From assembly GCA_964442095.1 (NCBI GenBank), contig CAYTWK010000001.1:1-53470 (forward strand): a stretch of 53,470 nucleotides of DNA. Direction: 5' to 3'. Shown piece by piece: positions 20,156 through 29,717 of this stretch; position 1 is the stretch's first letter, and every line of letters starts with the position of its first letter. The notes under the pieces are model-generated. The model made no database searches. It had not been told where the DNA came from and worked only from the letters and a program-made list of their open reading frames with translations. This DNA is from an uncultured Caulobacteraceae bacterium (lineage in GTDB: Bacteria > Pseudomonadota > Alphaproteobacteria > Caulobacterales > Aquidulcibacteraceae). The translations under genes were made by a program, and so were the position numbers.

Positions 20156-20829
20156 CCCTCTTAAAACAAGTTTTTGCAATAATTCACAGAGAGATTAGGA
20201 TTAATCTAGGTAATGGCGGCGGCGCCTATTTGCCCAGCGCCTTTTTTGCTGGTTCCGTATTAATGGTTCCCTTTGCCTTGGGGCCTGATAGTGAATTATT
20301 GCGCAAAATTGGCCCAGGTTATCTTTGGCTTGGCCTAGCTTTGGCGTGCCTAGTTTCTCTTGATAGATTGTTTCAAGCCGATCTTGATGACGGCAGCTTT
20401 GATCAAATCTTCTTATTTCCTATCCCGCTTAGCCTCGTCATGCTGGCAAAACTAATCGGGCAATTTATAGCGGTGATATTGCCATTATTAATTGCTATGC
20501 CGATTGGGGCGATATTGCTTAATATAGAGGCGAAATATATTTTGCCGCTATTGGCGCAATTATTTATTGGCGCATTTGCCATGTTTTTAACGGGCGGTAT
20601 CGGCGCTGCTTTGGGGGCGGGTATAAAGCGCGGTGGTCTTTTGGTCGCTTTATTGGCGCTCCCTCTTTATGCTCCAATATTAATCTTTGGTGCTTCATCT
20701 GCCAATGTAATTACTCAAGGCATGGCATTTTTTAATCAAGGGTTTTTGTTTGTTTGTATGATTTCCCTATTTGGCATCGTCCTAAGTCCCTTGGCCATCG
20801 CGAGCGCAATGCGCCTACACGCTGATTAG
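20152..20829 (+). CDS. ccmB: Heme exporter permease
   Basis: PFALGPD, LDRLFQADLDDGS and LLALPLYAPILIFG; multi-TM. Confidence 0.93.
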   Translation: MTLLKQVFAIIHREIRINLGNGGGAYLPSAFFAGSVLMVPFALGPDSELLRKIGPGYLWLGLALACLVSLDRLFQADLDDGSFDQIFLFPIPLSLVMLAKLIGQFIAVILPLLIAMPIGAILLNIEAKYILPLLAQLFIGAFAMFLTGGIGAALGAGIKRGGLLVALLALPLYAPILIFGASSANVITQGMAFFNQGFLFVCMISLFGIVLSPLAIASAMRLHAD

Positions 20830-20884
20830 ATTTGTAGGGATAATTTTGCTTTGACTTTCACTTGGATTGTGCAAATATGCTCTA

Positions 20885-21883
20885 ATGAAAGCTATATTAT
20901 CAAATATTCCAGGGCCTCCTGAAACTCTCGAGATTGCTGACATTCCAATTCCAAACCCTAACCCATATGAAGTTAGGATTAAGGTGAAATCTGTCGGCGT
21001 AAATTATTTTGACGCTCTGATTATTGAGGATAAATATCAATTTCGGCCGCCAAGACCGTTTGCGCCATGTTCGGAAATTTCCGGCATAATCGATTCCGTT
21101 GGTGAAAAGGTTTCCGGTTTTTCAATTGGCGATAGAGTGCTTGCAAATGTCAGTCATGGCGGTCTCGCGGAATATGCGTGTGCTGGCTTTGACAAATGCT
21201 ATAAAATTCCCGAAATAATGGATTTTGATAGCGCCGCTGGCTTTTTTATTACCTACGGAACTAGCTATCACGCTTTAAAGCAAAGGGCAGCTTTGCAGGC
21301 GGGTGAAACTTTGCTTGTATTGGGTGCAGCTGGTGGCGTTGGTCTTGCTGCTGTGGAGCTTGGGGTTGCAATGGGCGCAAAGGTTATTGCGGCTTGTTCT
21401 AGCCAAGAAAAGCTTGATGTCGCGATTAAGCATGGCGCAAGCTCGGGCATTGTCTATCCATTGGGCCCATTTGACAGCACAGGTAAAAAGGAATTGAGTG
21501 CATTATTTAAAAATGCCTGCGGTGCGAATGGCCCAGATGTTGTTTATGATGCTATCGGCGGCGATTATTCGGAGGCTAGTTTTAGATCTATCGCATGGAA
21601 CGGGCGCTTTTTAGTGGTTGGATTCCCATCTGGAATACCATCTATACCGCTTAATTTACCGCTTCTAAAGTCTGGAAATATTATGGGTGTGTTTTGGGGC
21701 GCTTTCACCGAACGCGAAAAAGAGGCGAATAGGCAGAATATTGAAGAATTAATGGCATTTTACGCGAATAATCAAGTTAAACCCTTCATAAGCCAAGTCT
21801 TTTCATTTGAAGATGGCGCCGAGGCGATTGCTCATTTAGCTAGCCGTAAGGCAATGGGTAAAGTTATTATTAGTATCCCATAA
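20885..21883 (+). CDS. NADPH:quinone oxidoreductase (MDR family)
   Basis: KYQFRPPRPFAP, LVLGAAGGVG, GRFLVVGF and LNLPLLK. ATG at 20885. Confidence 0.9.
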   Translation: MKAILSNIPGPPETLEIADIPIPNPNPYEVRIKVKSVGVNYFDALIIEDKYQFRPPRPFAPCSEISGIIDSVGEKVSGFSIGDRVLANVSHGGLAEYACAGFDKCYKIPEIMDFDSAAGFFITYGTSYHALKQRAALQAGETLLVLGAAGGVGLAAVELGVAMGAKVIAACSSQEKLDVAIKHGASSGIVYPLGPFDSTGKKELSALFKNACGANGPDVVYDAIGGDYSEASFRSIAWNGRFLVVGFPSGIPSIPLNLPLLKSGNIMGVFWGAFTEREKEANRQNIEELMAFYANNQVKPFISQVFSFEDGAEAIAHLASRKAMGKVIISIP

Positions 21884-21901
21884 AATGCATGAATATTTTT
21901 T

Positions 21902-22222
21902 ATGAATGATGCCAATGAATATGAATTTAGCGCTAAAATGTGGCTTTGGCATGGTGGCAAGGCCGCTTGGAGCTTTATTAGCCTGCCGCAAAATATAAGT
22001 GATGAAATCTATTTTTCCAGCAAATTACGTGCAATGGGACGCGCACGCGGCTTTGGTAGCGTTAAGGTGCGCGCAACTATTGGCAATAGTGAATGGGAAA
22101 CATCAATCTTCCCATCAAATGAGAGCAAGTGCTATATTTTGCCAGTCAAAAAGACCGTTAGAATAGCCGAAGATTTGGTTTATGACAAAGATATAGAAAT
22201 CAAAGTCAAAACCATTGGATGA
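21902..22222 (+). CDS. DUF1905-like protein
   Basis: AWSFISLP, GFGSVKVRATIG..EWETSIFP and YILPVKKTVR..E. Confidence 0.8.
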   Translation: MNDANEYEFSAKMWLWHGGKAAWSFISLPQNISDEIYFSSKLRAMGRARGFGSVKVRATIGNSEWETSIFPSNESKCYILPVKKTVRIAEDLVYDKDIEIKVKTIG

Positions 22223-22235
22223 AATTGTCGCCGAA

Positions 22236-22580
22236 CTAGCTCATGAGGGCAGCGGCATCAGTCTCGCCGGTTCTAATTCTCATGGCTTGCTCTAGGTCGA
22301 GAACAAATATTTTTCCATCACCAATTTTGCCCGTATTTGCCGCGGCTGAAATAAGCTCTATTAGACGAGGTGCCGCATCATCATTAACAGCGGCTTCAAT
22401 CTTTACTTTTGGCAATAATTTTACTTCATATTCTGCACCGCGATATACTTCAGTTTTGCCTTTTTGCCGTCCATATCCGCGAACTTCGGTAACAGTTAGA
22501 CCAGAGACACCCGCTTCTGATGCTGCGTCCAAAACTGTATCCAAGCGGCTTGGCTTAATAATGGCTATGATAAATTTCAT
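22236..22580 (-). CDS. PII nitrogen regulatory protein (stand-alone, GlnC-like)
   Basis: AIIKP, GYGRQKG.TEVYRGAEY, LPKVKIE, TGKIGDGKIFV and RIRTGE. Not adjacent to glnA or amtB. Confidence 0.95.
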   Translation of the reverse strand: MKFIIAIIKPSRLDTVLDAASEAGVSGLTVTEVRGYGRQKGKTEVYRGAEYEVKLLPKVKIEAAVNDDAAPRLIELISAAANTGKIGDGKIFVLDLEQAMRIRTGETDAAALMS

Positions 22581-22694
22581 TGTTATCCCCATGAAAGATC
22601 TGAATGTCTAAGGCTTTGTTTGTAAACCTAAGTTATATTAATAATCGAGAAATTTGAAACATTGCAATGACAAAGATAAAAATATTCCGCTAAA

Positions 22695-22709
22695 GCACAA
22701 AATTTGTGC
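22695..22709. promoter_or_regulatory. NtrC-like palindrome GCAC-N7-GTGC upstream of the PII gene
   Basis: GCACAAAATTTGTGC, about 115 bp upstream of the PII start. It could alternatively be a weak terminator for the methyltransferase gene. Confidence 0.45.
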
Positions 22710-22711
22710 GT

Positions 22712-23446
22712 TTATTCGGTCTTATTGTTTAAAAAACTAGCGTGAATTGGTGCGAATTTGGCTTTTTGCTTTATTGGACCAACAATTGCGCCGCCAAAAA
22801 GGCGCTTTTTTGCTTTCAAAACTAATAGTCCACCAATGGCTGGCCATAATTTAATGCCTATTTTTTCCCAAACTTCGGCATATTTTTTTGATAGGCCGAT
22901 TGAGAAGGGCGGAAATGTTAGTATCTTCTTTATATTGTGAACTTCGAACATTGACTCGTCCAAGAGCCTATTTATCTGCGATTTGCTATAGGGACGTGAA
23001 TGGCCAAATGGTGTAATATCAAATTGTGCCCATGCGCTGCGGCGGTTGGTAATAATGAAAATTATTTCGCCTTCATCCTTAATGACCCGCCACAATTCTC
23101 GCAATAATTTTTTTGGGCTTTTTGCGCCCTCTATGCCGTGAATGCATATAATCGTATCAAAGCTAGAATCAGCAAAAGGCAGATTATTCTCGTTGCCTAC
23201 TAGGGTTTTGTTCGGGGCATCGTTTGGCCATTTTCCAATTCCCACTTCATGAGGAATAAAATTGGCGCGAATACCAGAATTTGAATTCATCCTCTCAATA
23301 AAGGGCGCTGCATAGCCAAAACCGAGAATTTCACTGTTCAGATTATTGCCAATCAATTTATCGATTTGGTTTTCCACACAATTTATTACCAATTGGCCCA
23401 ATTTGCTTTGGTAAAATCGACTTAACTCGTCTATATTATTATGCAT
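22712..23446 (-). CDS. SAM-dependent methyltransferase (type 11, YafS-like)
   Basis: ILGFGYA, LPFADSSFD, LLRELWRV and TPFGHSRPYS; conserved divergent partner of gloB. Confidence 0.85.
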   Translation of the reverse strand: MHNNIDELSRFYQSKLGQLVINCVENQIDKLIGNNLNSEILGFGYAAPFIERMNSNSGIRANFIPHEVGIGKWPNDAPNKTLVGNENNLPFADSSFDTIICIHGIEGAKSPKKLLRELWRVIKDEGEIIFIITNRRSAWAQFDITPFGHSRPYSKSQINRLLDESMFEVHNIKKILTFPPFSIGLSKKYAEVWEKIGIKLWPAIGGLLVLKAKKRLFGGAIVGPIKQKAKFAPIHASFLNNKTE

Positions 23447-23470
23447 TTTACGCCCTAGAAAAGAGGTTTA

Positions 23471-24235
23471 ATGTTACAAGTATATCAATTCCCATGTCTT
23501 AAAGATAATTACGGTTATATTATAATTGATGAGGCAAGCAAGAGAGTAGCTACCATAGATTCGCCCGATGCCGAAGCTATCATTGATAAAGCAAAATCAT
23601 TAAATATCAAAATAGATGAAGTTTGGAATACACATTGGCATCCAGATCATGCAGGCGGCAATGCCAAGCTGAAGCAAGAATTTGGCGCTCAAATATTTGC
23701 ACCCAATGAAGTTAAAAGCCACGGTTTTATAGCCGATACAATTATAGAACCAGGGCAATCAATTAGCCTTGGCAATTCTAAAGCCGAGATAATTGATGTA
23801 TCTGGCCACACAATGGGGCATATTGCCTTTAGCTTTAAAGAGCAAAAGAAAATATTCCTTGGCGACGCTCTTTTTGCGCTTGGCTGCGGCAGAATCTTTG
23901 AAGGCACTCCAGAACAGACCTATAATAGCCTATTGCGCCTAATGGATTTGGATGATGAAACCCTTGTATATTGCGCACATGAATATAGTTTGGCCAATGC
24001 AATATTCTGTGAAAGCTTGGGTCTTAGTAATGATAAGCTAAAGAACAGAGTTTCGCAGATTAAGCAAATGCGGGAAGATGGCAAACCTACAATACCGACG
24101 ACAATTGGAATAGAGAAGGCCACTAGTCCTTTTCTACTCGCGGATTATGAAAATCTTGTCAAAGAGCTTGGATTATTGGGAAAAAGCAAACTCGAGGTCT
24201 TTGCAACAATTCGCAAAATGAAGGATGATTTTTAG
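23471..24235 (+). CDS. gloB: Hydroxyacylglutathione hydrolase (glyoxalase II)
   Basis: DNYGY, THWHPDHAGG, GHT.GHI, GDALF..GCGRIFEG and YCAHEY. Confidence 0.95.
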   Translation: MLQVYQFPCLKDNYGYIIIDEASKRVATIDSPDAEAIIDKAKSLNIKIDEVWNTHWHPDHAGGNAKLKQEFGAQIFAPNEVKSHGFIADTIIEPGQSISLGNSKAEIIDVSGHTMGHIAFSFKEQKKIFLGDALFALGCGRIFEGTPEQTYNSLLRLMDLDDETLVYCAHEYSLANAIFCESLGLSNDKLKNRVSQIKQMREDGKPTIPTTIGIEKATSPFLLADYENLVKELGLLGKSKLEVFATIRKMKDDF

Positions 24236-24273
24236 CCAATAAAATGTTTGAGATTTTTTACTTGCATTCTAAA

Positions 24274-24315
24274 AATATTCCAATATATTAGTATTTGCGA
24301 ATATAATGGAATATT
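24274..24315. promoter_or_regulatory. Long inverted repeat (operator-like) overlapping the persulfide dioxygenase promoter
   Basis: AATATTCCAATATATT-N10-AATATAATGGAATATT (15/16 arm match). It overlaps TTGCAT(24262)-N16-TATATT(24284). Confidence 0.6.
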
Positions 24316-24318
24316 AAT

Positions 24319-25203
24319 ATGAACGAGAAAATCCAATCGAATAATGACCCTGTAATAAAGAGCTTCTTTGATGAACCGTCTATGACATTTTCATATGTCG
24401 TCAGCGATTCTCAAACAAAGGCTTGCGCGATAATTGATAGCGTGATGGGTTTTGACTTAGATACTGGCCGCTCAAATTTTATTAGCGCTGATAAGATTAT
24501 CGAATATATAACTGATAATTCGCTTCGGGTTGAGTGGATAATCGAAACCCATATTCATGCGGATCATCTATCAGCGGCACAATACCTAAAAAGCAAATTA
24601 GGTGGAAAAATTGCGGTTAGCGAGAAAGTAAACCAAATACAGAGTATATTTGGCAAAGTCTTTAATGCGGGCGTTGGCTTCGCAATCAATGGCGCGCAAT
24701 TTGATTATTTGTTTAAAGATGATGAAGATTACTCAATTGGAAATCTTAAGGCGCACGCAATTTTGACACCCGGACATACGCCAGCGTGTATGACGCATAT
24801 AATTGAAGATGCGGTTTTTGTTGGCGACACTATATTTATGCCTGATGTTGGGACGGCCCGGGCCGACTTCCCTGGCGGTAATGCGCGCGCGCTCTATGCT
24901 TCTATTAAGAAGATCCTATCTCTACCTGATGATTATCGCCTGTTTATGTGCCACGACTATCCGAATAATGGCAGAGAAATCGAGCATCATAGCACAATTA
25001 GAGATCAGCGAGAATATAATATCCATGTAAATGAAAGCGTGTCTGAGGCGGAATTTGTTTCTATGCGCGAAGCGCGAGATAAAACCTTAAACCTTCCCAA
25101 ACAAATTCTTCAATCAGTTCAAGTTAATATGAGAGCTGGTCATTTTCCCGAACCTGAAAATAATGGAATTGCCTATATAAAAATTCCAATTAATCACTTC
25201 TAG
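24319..25203 (+). CDS. MBL-fold persulfide (sulfur) dioxygenase, Blh/ETHE1-like
   Basis: ETHIHADHLSAA, TPGHTPAC, GDTIFMPD.GTARADFPGG, FMCHDY and SVQVNMRAG; followed by a TauE gene. Confidence 0.88.
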   Translation: MNEKIQSNNDPVIKSFFDEPSMTFSYVVSDSQTKACAIIDSVMGFDLDTGRSNFISADKIIEYITDNSLRVEWIIETHIHADHLSAAQYLKSKLGGKIAVSEKVNQIQSIFGKVFNAGVGFAINGAQFDYLFKDDEDYSIGNLKAHAILTPGHTPACMTHIIEDAVFVGDTIFMPDVGTARADFPGGNARALYASIKKILSLPDDYRLFMCHDYPNNGREIEHHSTIRDQREYNIHVNESVSEAEFVSMREARDKTLNLPKQILQSVQVNMRAGHFPEPENNGIAYIKIPINHF

Positions 25204-25239
25204 GCGAATGTAATTTATCTTTCTCGATAGGAAAAGCTA

Positions 25240-26022
25240 GTGTTTGAAACAATAAATACAATCGCGTCAGGTGGATTAATTGGCTTTTCGCTTGGGCTAA
25301 TTGGTGGCGGTGGATCAATCCTCGCGACGCCTCTATTATTGTATTTTGTCGGAATGTCATCGCCGCATCTTGCCATTGGAACTGGCGCCTTGGCTGTCTC
25401 GGCAAATGCATACGCCAGCGTAATAAGCCACGCCTATAAAGGAAATGTTTGGTGGAGAGGCGGCATTCTATTTGCAATTATTGGAACTTTGGGTGCATTC
25501 TTGGGATCAAGCCTAGGGAAGGTGATTGATGGCCAAACCCTGATGCTTTTATTTGGCTTTCTTATGTTGATTGTGGGTGCTTTAATGTTGCGACCGCGCA
25601 TTGAAACTTCTGGCGAATTATCAGGAACTTCTTCGAAAAATTATGTCTTACTTGGTATATTGGCACTCTTTTCGGGAGCGGCGTCTGGGTTTTTCGGCAT
25701 TGGCGGCGGATTTCTAATAGTGCCTGCCCTCATTTATGCGACATCAATGCCGACCATTAAGGCCGTCGGAACCTCACTCTTATCGGTCGGCACTTTTGGC
25801 CTCGCAACGTCAATAAATTATGCACTTGATGGGCTGATAGATTGGAAACTCGCGGGCTTTATGATCTTAGGCGGGATAATTGGCGGCATATTTGGCTCAA
25901 AATTATCTGCCAAGCTTGGAAAAAATAAAGATACTCTAAGCCGTATCTTTGCGGTTCTAATCTTTATTGTGGCTTGTTATGTAATATATAAAAGTGGCTC
26001 AAAAATTTTTCAGCTAGTGTAA
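25240..26022 (+). CDS. TauE/SafE family sulfite exporter
   Basis: GLIGGGGSILATP, AIGT, GFFGIGGGFLIVP and AVGTSL; multi-TM. Confidence 0.92.
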   Translation: MFETINTIASGGLIGFSLGLIGGGGSILATPLLLYFVGMSSPHLAIGTGALAVSANAYASVISHAYKGNVWWRGGILFAIIGTLGAFLGSSLGKVIDGQTLMLLFGFLMLIVGALMLRPRIETSGELSGTSSKNYVLLGILALFSGAASGFFGIGGGFLIVPALIYATSMPTIKAVGTSLLSVGTFGLATSINYALDGLIDWKLAGFMILGGIIGGIFGSKLSAKLGKNKDTLSRIFAVLIFIVACYVIYKSGSKIFQLV

Positions 26023-26036
26023 TTTACCAATAATAT

Positions 26037-26726
26037 TTATTTGCGGACATAATCTAAAAACACCGGCAAACAATCACCTAGTCTTTTTTCTTCATATCTT
26101 GTGGTGAAATGATCCACCGGGACTTTATATGTGCCGTCGGCGCTTTCGATTGCATTATTATCTATCAATGTGAAATCGGCGCTTGTCGCCATAATTTCCT
26201 TAATTTGTTCGACATAATCCGCCCAGTCACTGGCAATCCTCAAGCGGCCATTTGCCTTCAAGAGACGCGATAGTTGCGCTATAAAATCCGCATTTAAAAT
26301 CCTGCGTTTATTATGCTTTGCCTTTTGCCAAGGATCTGGAAATAAGACGAAAACTCTATCTATCGAATTTGGGGCAAATTTTTCTATTACGGGCCTTACA
26401 TCATCATCTATAAGACGAATGTTTTTCAAACCAAAATCTGTAATTTGGCGCAATGCCTTGGCGACACCATCCATAAATGGTTCGGCACCAATAAACAAAA
26501 CATCAGGATTATTTATCGCTTGTTTGATAAGGTGTTCGGCACTACCAAATCCAACCTCTAGCCAAACCTCTTTGCAATTTGGCAAAAGGCCAGAGGGATT
26601 TGTATCTGTGGCAATTTCTGCGGATATCCTTAGCGGGCCTAATTGATCAGAAATTGCACCTGCTTGCTCAAGCGAAAGCGCGCGCCCTTTTGTGCGCCCA
26701 AAAGATCTGAGCAAATGCTTTTGCAT
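26037..26726 (-). CDS. trmB: tRNA (guanine-N7)-methyltransferase
   Basis: LEVGFGSAEH, FIGAEP, LFPDPW.KAKHNKRR, ASDW and TRYE.K. Confidence 0.96.
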   Translation of the reverse strand: MQKHLLRSFGRTKGRALSLEQAGAISDQLGPLRISAEIATDTNPSGLLPNCKEVWLEVGFGSAEHLIKQAINNPDVLFIGAEPFMDGVAKALRQITDFGLKNIRLIDDDVRPVIEKFAPNSIDRVFVLFPDPWQKAKHNKRRILNADFIAQLSRLLKANGRLRIASDWADYVEQIKEIMATSADFTLIDNNAIESADGTYKVPVDHFTTRYEEKRLGDCLPVFLDYVRK

Positions 26727-26749
26727 AGTTTTTCTTTGCTAATTACGAA

Positions 26750-27160
26750 TTATTTGTTCTCGTTTGCCATTAGGCGAACTAATTCTACAATTTTTTTGCG
26801 CTGTGCAACAGATGTTACTTTTGCGTATTCTGCTAAAAGCTCCATTGCACCTGGGGCCGCAAGCAATCCCGCAACTGATAGTGGATTGTGACTCTCATCT
26901 GCGGAATCGGCAACGCTAAATGAAGCCTTTTCCAATCCCTCAAAAAAGAAAGCCGTCTGCACACCTAGCGCTTCACTAAGTTGAAAAAGACGACTTGCAC
27001 CCACACGATTGAAGCCACGTTCGTATTTCTGAACTTGTTGAAAAGAAATTCCCAAAGAATCCGCTAGCTTCTCTTGGCTTAGGCCAAGTTCTTCGCGGCG
27101 CTGTTTAACTCTGCGGCCAACATATGCGTCTATCGCAGTGGAGCTACGCTCATTACTCAT
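26750..27160 (-). CDS. XRE-family helix-turn-helix regulator
   Basis: SQEKLADSLGISFQQVQKYERGFNRVGASRL; conserved position after lnt. Confidence 0.92.
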   Translation of the reverse strand: MSNERSSTAIDAYVGRRVKQRREELGLSQEKLADSLGISFQQVQKYERGFNRVGASRLFQLSEALGVQTAFFFEGLEKASFSVADSADESHNPLSVAGLLAAPGAMELLAEYAKVTSVAQRKKIVELVRLMANENK

Positions 27161-27212
27161 TTAATATGCCTCTGCTTGTTCCGCACCTTTAAAGGTGACG
27201 CTTGTGTCACAA

Positions 27213-28811
27213 CTATACTTTAAGGTTTGTAGCAAGGACAATCCCCAATAATGCGAAAAACCCCGAAATTATAATGAATGCCACCTCCCCATGGTTGTAA
27301 TAATAAGGTGTAGCTATTGTAGCGGGCAGTTCGGCGGCTATGATTCTGTTACCCATGCGTATCTCTTGCTGCGCACGACCAAAAGAATCGGTAATTGACG
27401 ACCAACCTCCCGATGCAGACCTTATCAAAGGTTGTCCTGATTCGATTGCTCTCCAGCGTGCTTGATTATAATGTTGGTCTGGGCCGAGGAGGTCACCATA
27501 CCAGGCATCAACCGAGACATTTAGCAAGAAATCAGCACGTGGATTGGATTTATTTTGAAAGCCTGGAAAGATTATTTCGTAGCAAATCCTTGGATCAAAT
27601 CGCGGCAGACCAGACAGTTTTAATGTTCGCGGCCCAGACGGTCTTGAGAAATCCTCGCCTACAGCGACTAAGCTGGTTATCCCTAAGGCGTTAAACAGCT
27701 TTTTGAATGGCAGATATTCGCCAAAGGGAACAAGGTGAAATTTATCATATATACCTATTAATTCGGGCATTTCAGCGCCCGCCTTCATGAAGGCTATTGA
27801 ATTAAAATATTTATTATTTCCATTAGAACTAGGCTCGGAGCGGATTATGCCAAAAGCCAAGACTTTGTTTTTAATTTTTTTATTAAGCTCGAAAAGAAAC
27901 AAAGGTTCTTCTAGGGGTAAAAAAGGAAAAGCACCTTCAGGGAAGACTATCAAATCGGCGTCCTTGGCAATTTGGCTTTCTAAAAGAGAGAAATATGCTT
28001 GCGCTACTTTGGTTTGATTGCCATCTAGCCATAAGTCCTTTTGCGAGAAGCCAGCTTGTGCAACTGCAATCAAAGGTGCATCTGCTCGCGGCTTTAAATT
28101 ATCAGCTTGATTAAGGCGTAGATAGCCAAAACCTAAACTGGAGATTGTAATTAAGAGTGAAAGTGTAGCAATTATCATCTGGACGCGCGTAAAATTAAGA
28201 ACGAGAGCGCCGAAAGCGGCAAATACGAATAGTGTAAAAAGACTTACACCATAGGGCCCGATTAAAGAGCCCGATTGCGAAATTAGGCCGCCCGCTTTCC
28301 AAATGTATGCAGGCAGATTCCACGGAAGCCCTGTAAAAAAATGACCTCGTGCAAATTCTAAAAGCGCAAAACATGCGGCGAACCAAAACACTCTAAATGC
28401 ACTTTTGCGGGCAAAAAATCCATATATTAGGCCAGCTGCACCCCAATAGGATCCGAGAAATGCTGACAAGCCAAATATAGCAATTGGCATTAGCCACGCG
28501 AATTTTGCGGCATCAACCAAGAAAGCTGCGCCGACCCAAAACATTCCAAAACTAAAATAGCCTATGCCGAAACAAAATGCCCTTAAAAAAAAGGAGCGCT
28601 TCGGTAGGTTCTTAAAAACTGCATCATCAAGTGCAAGCATTAAGACAATAATGCCAATGCCAAAACAGGGCCAAATAAAAAACGGGGCGTGCCCCAATAC
28701 ACTTATCGCGCCCGAAAAAAACAATAATAGATAAAGCTTTATTGGCTTTAACTCACCAAACCACCGCGCAAAAGCTTCAAGAGTATTTTTGATTGGTCGA
28801 ATATTCATCAA
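27213..28811 (-). CDS. lnt: Apolipoprotein N-acyltransferase
   Basis: FTGLPWN, VFPE, YDKFHLVPFGEY, ICYEIIF and WYG...GPDQH. Confidence 0.95.
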   Translation of the reverse strand: MMNIRPIKNTLEAFARWFGELKPIKLYLLLFFSGAISVLGHAPFFIWPCFGIGIIVLMLALDDAVFKNLPKRSFFLRAFCFGIGYFSFGMFWVGAAFLVDAAKFAWLMPIAIFGLSAFLGSYWGAAGLIYGFFARKSAFRVFWFAACFALLEFARGHFFTGLPWNLPAYIWKAGGLISQSGSLIGPYGVSLFTLFVFAAFGALVLNFTRVQMIIATLSLLITISSLGFGYLRLNQADNLKPRADAPLIAVAQAGFSQKDLWLDGNQTKVAQAYFSLLESQIAKDADLIVFPEGAFPFLPLEEPLFLFELNKKIKNKVLAFGIIRSEPSSNGNNKYFNSIAFMKAGAEMPELIGIYDKFHLVPFGEYLPFKKLFNALGITSLVAVGEDFSRPSGPRTLKLSGLPRFDPRICYEIIFPGFQNKSNPRADFLLNVSVDAWYGDLLGPDQHYNQARWRAIESGQPLIRSASGGWSSITDSFGRAQQEIRMGNRIIAAELPATIATPYYYNHGEVAFIIISGFFALLGIVLATNLKV

Positions 28812-29717
28812 TTAGGACTGTATAGTATCTTTACCCGACAAACTAGTCTTTCTAATTAGAATCCTCTTGATTCTTCTCGGATCGGCCTCAAGGATTTCTA
28901 GCTCCATTCCATTAGGATGCGATATTATTTCACCGCGCGGTGGCACGCGGCCAACCAGAGCAAAAGCAACCCCGCCAAGAGTATCTATTTCATCTTCGCT
29001 TTCTATAGAACAATCTATTCCGGTTGCTTCTTCAAATTCCTCAAAAGTGATTTTTGCGTCAACTTCCCAAACATTGCTTTGCCGCTCTACGATTACCGGT
29101 TCTTCGTCTTCGTCATATTCATCATCAATATCGCCGATAATTTCTTCCACCAAATCTTCGATGGTCACCAAGCCGTCGGTGCCACCATATTCATCAACAA
29201 CTAAAGCAATATGGCACCTCAGAGTTCGCATTTGAATCAAGAGGCTAGGCAATCGCATTGAAAGTGGAACATATACTAAATCACGCTTTATCTTTGAGAG
29301 TGGCAAATCATCGAGTTTCGCTTCGATGACCCCGTTTTCATTAGGCGCTAAAAGTGCCATAACGTCTTTGACATGGACAAAGCCCATTGGGTTATCAAGG
29401 CTTTCGCGATAAATCGGCATGCGCGAATGTTGGTGCTCGATAAACAATTGTGCCAATTCGCCCAAGGGCGTATCAATTTCAACCGCAACAATATCGGCGC
29501 GCGGTATCATTACATCACCAACATTAAGCCTATCAAAAGAAGCAACATTGAATAGCATTTCGCGCTTATTCGAAGAAATTTCACTATTAGTCTTTTCTAG
29601 GCTTTCGATAATCTCAGCACTAGTTTGGTCTAGTCTCCTATTGCGCGAAAATGCACCCTTAATTTTCGACAAAAACCCTTTTCTCTTTTCAAGTTTTATT
29701 GCTTCATCGTCTGCCAT
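28812..29717 (-). CDS. corC: CBS/CorC-HlyC domain protein (CorC/YbeX)
   Basis: DVMIPRADI, HSRMPIY, VVDEYGGTDGLVTIEDLVEEIIGDI and TLGG. Confidence 0.9.
   Translation of the reverse strand: MADDEAIKLEKRKGFLSKIKGAFSRNRRLDQTSAEIIESLEKTNSEISSNKREMLFNVASFDRLNVGDVMIPRADIVAVEIDTPLGELAQLFIEHQHSRMPIYRESLDNPMGFVHVKDVMALLAPNENGVIEAKLDDLPLSKIKRDLVYVPLSMRLPSLLIQMRTLRCHIALVVDEYGGTDGLVTIEDLVEEIIGDIDDEYDEDEEPVIVERQSNVWEVDAKITFEEFEEATGIDCSIESEDEIDTLGGVAFALVGRVPPRGEIISHPNGMELEILEADPRRIKRILIRKTSLSGKDTIQS

Noticed and set aside
26750-27160. XRE regulator as a prophage repressor or antitoxin
   Set aside because: It is the conserved chromosomal HTH gene after lnt, with no phage or toxin genes adjacent.
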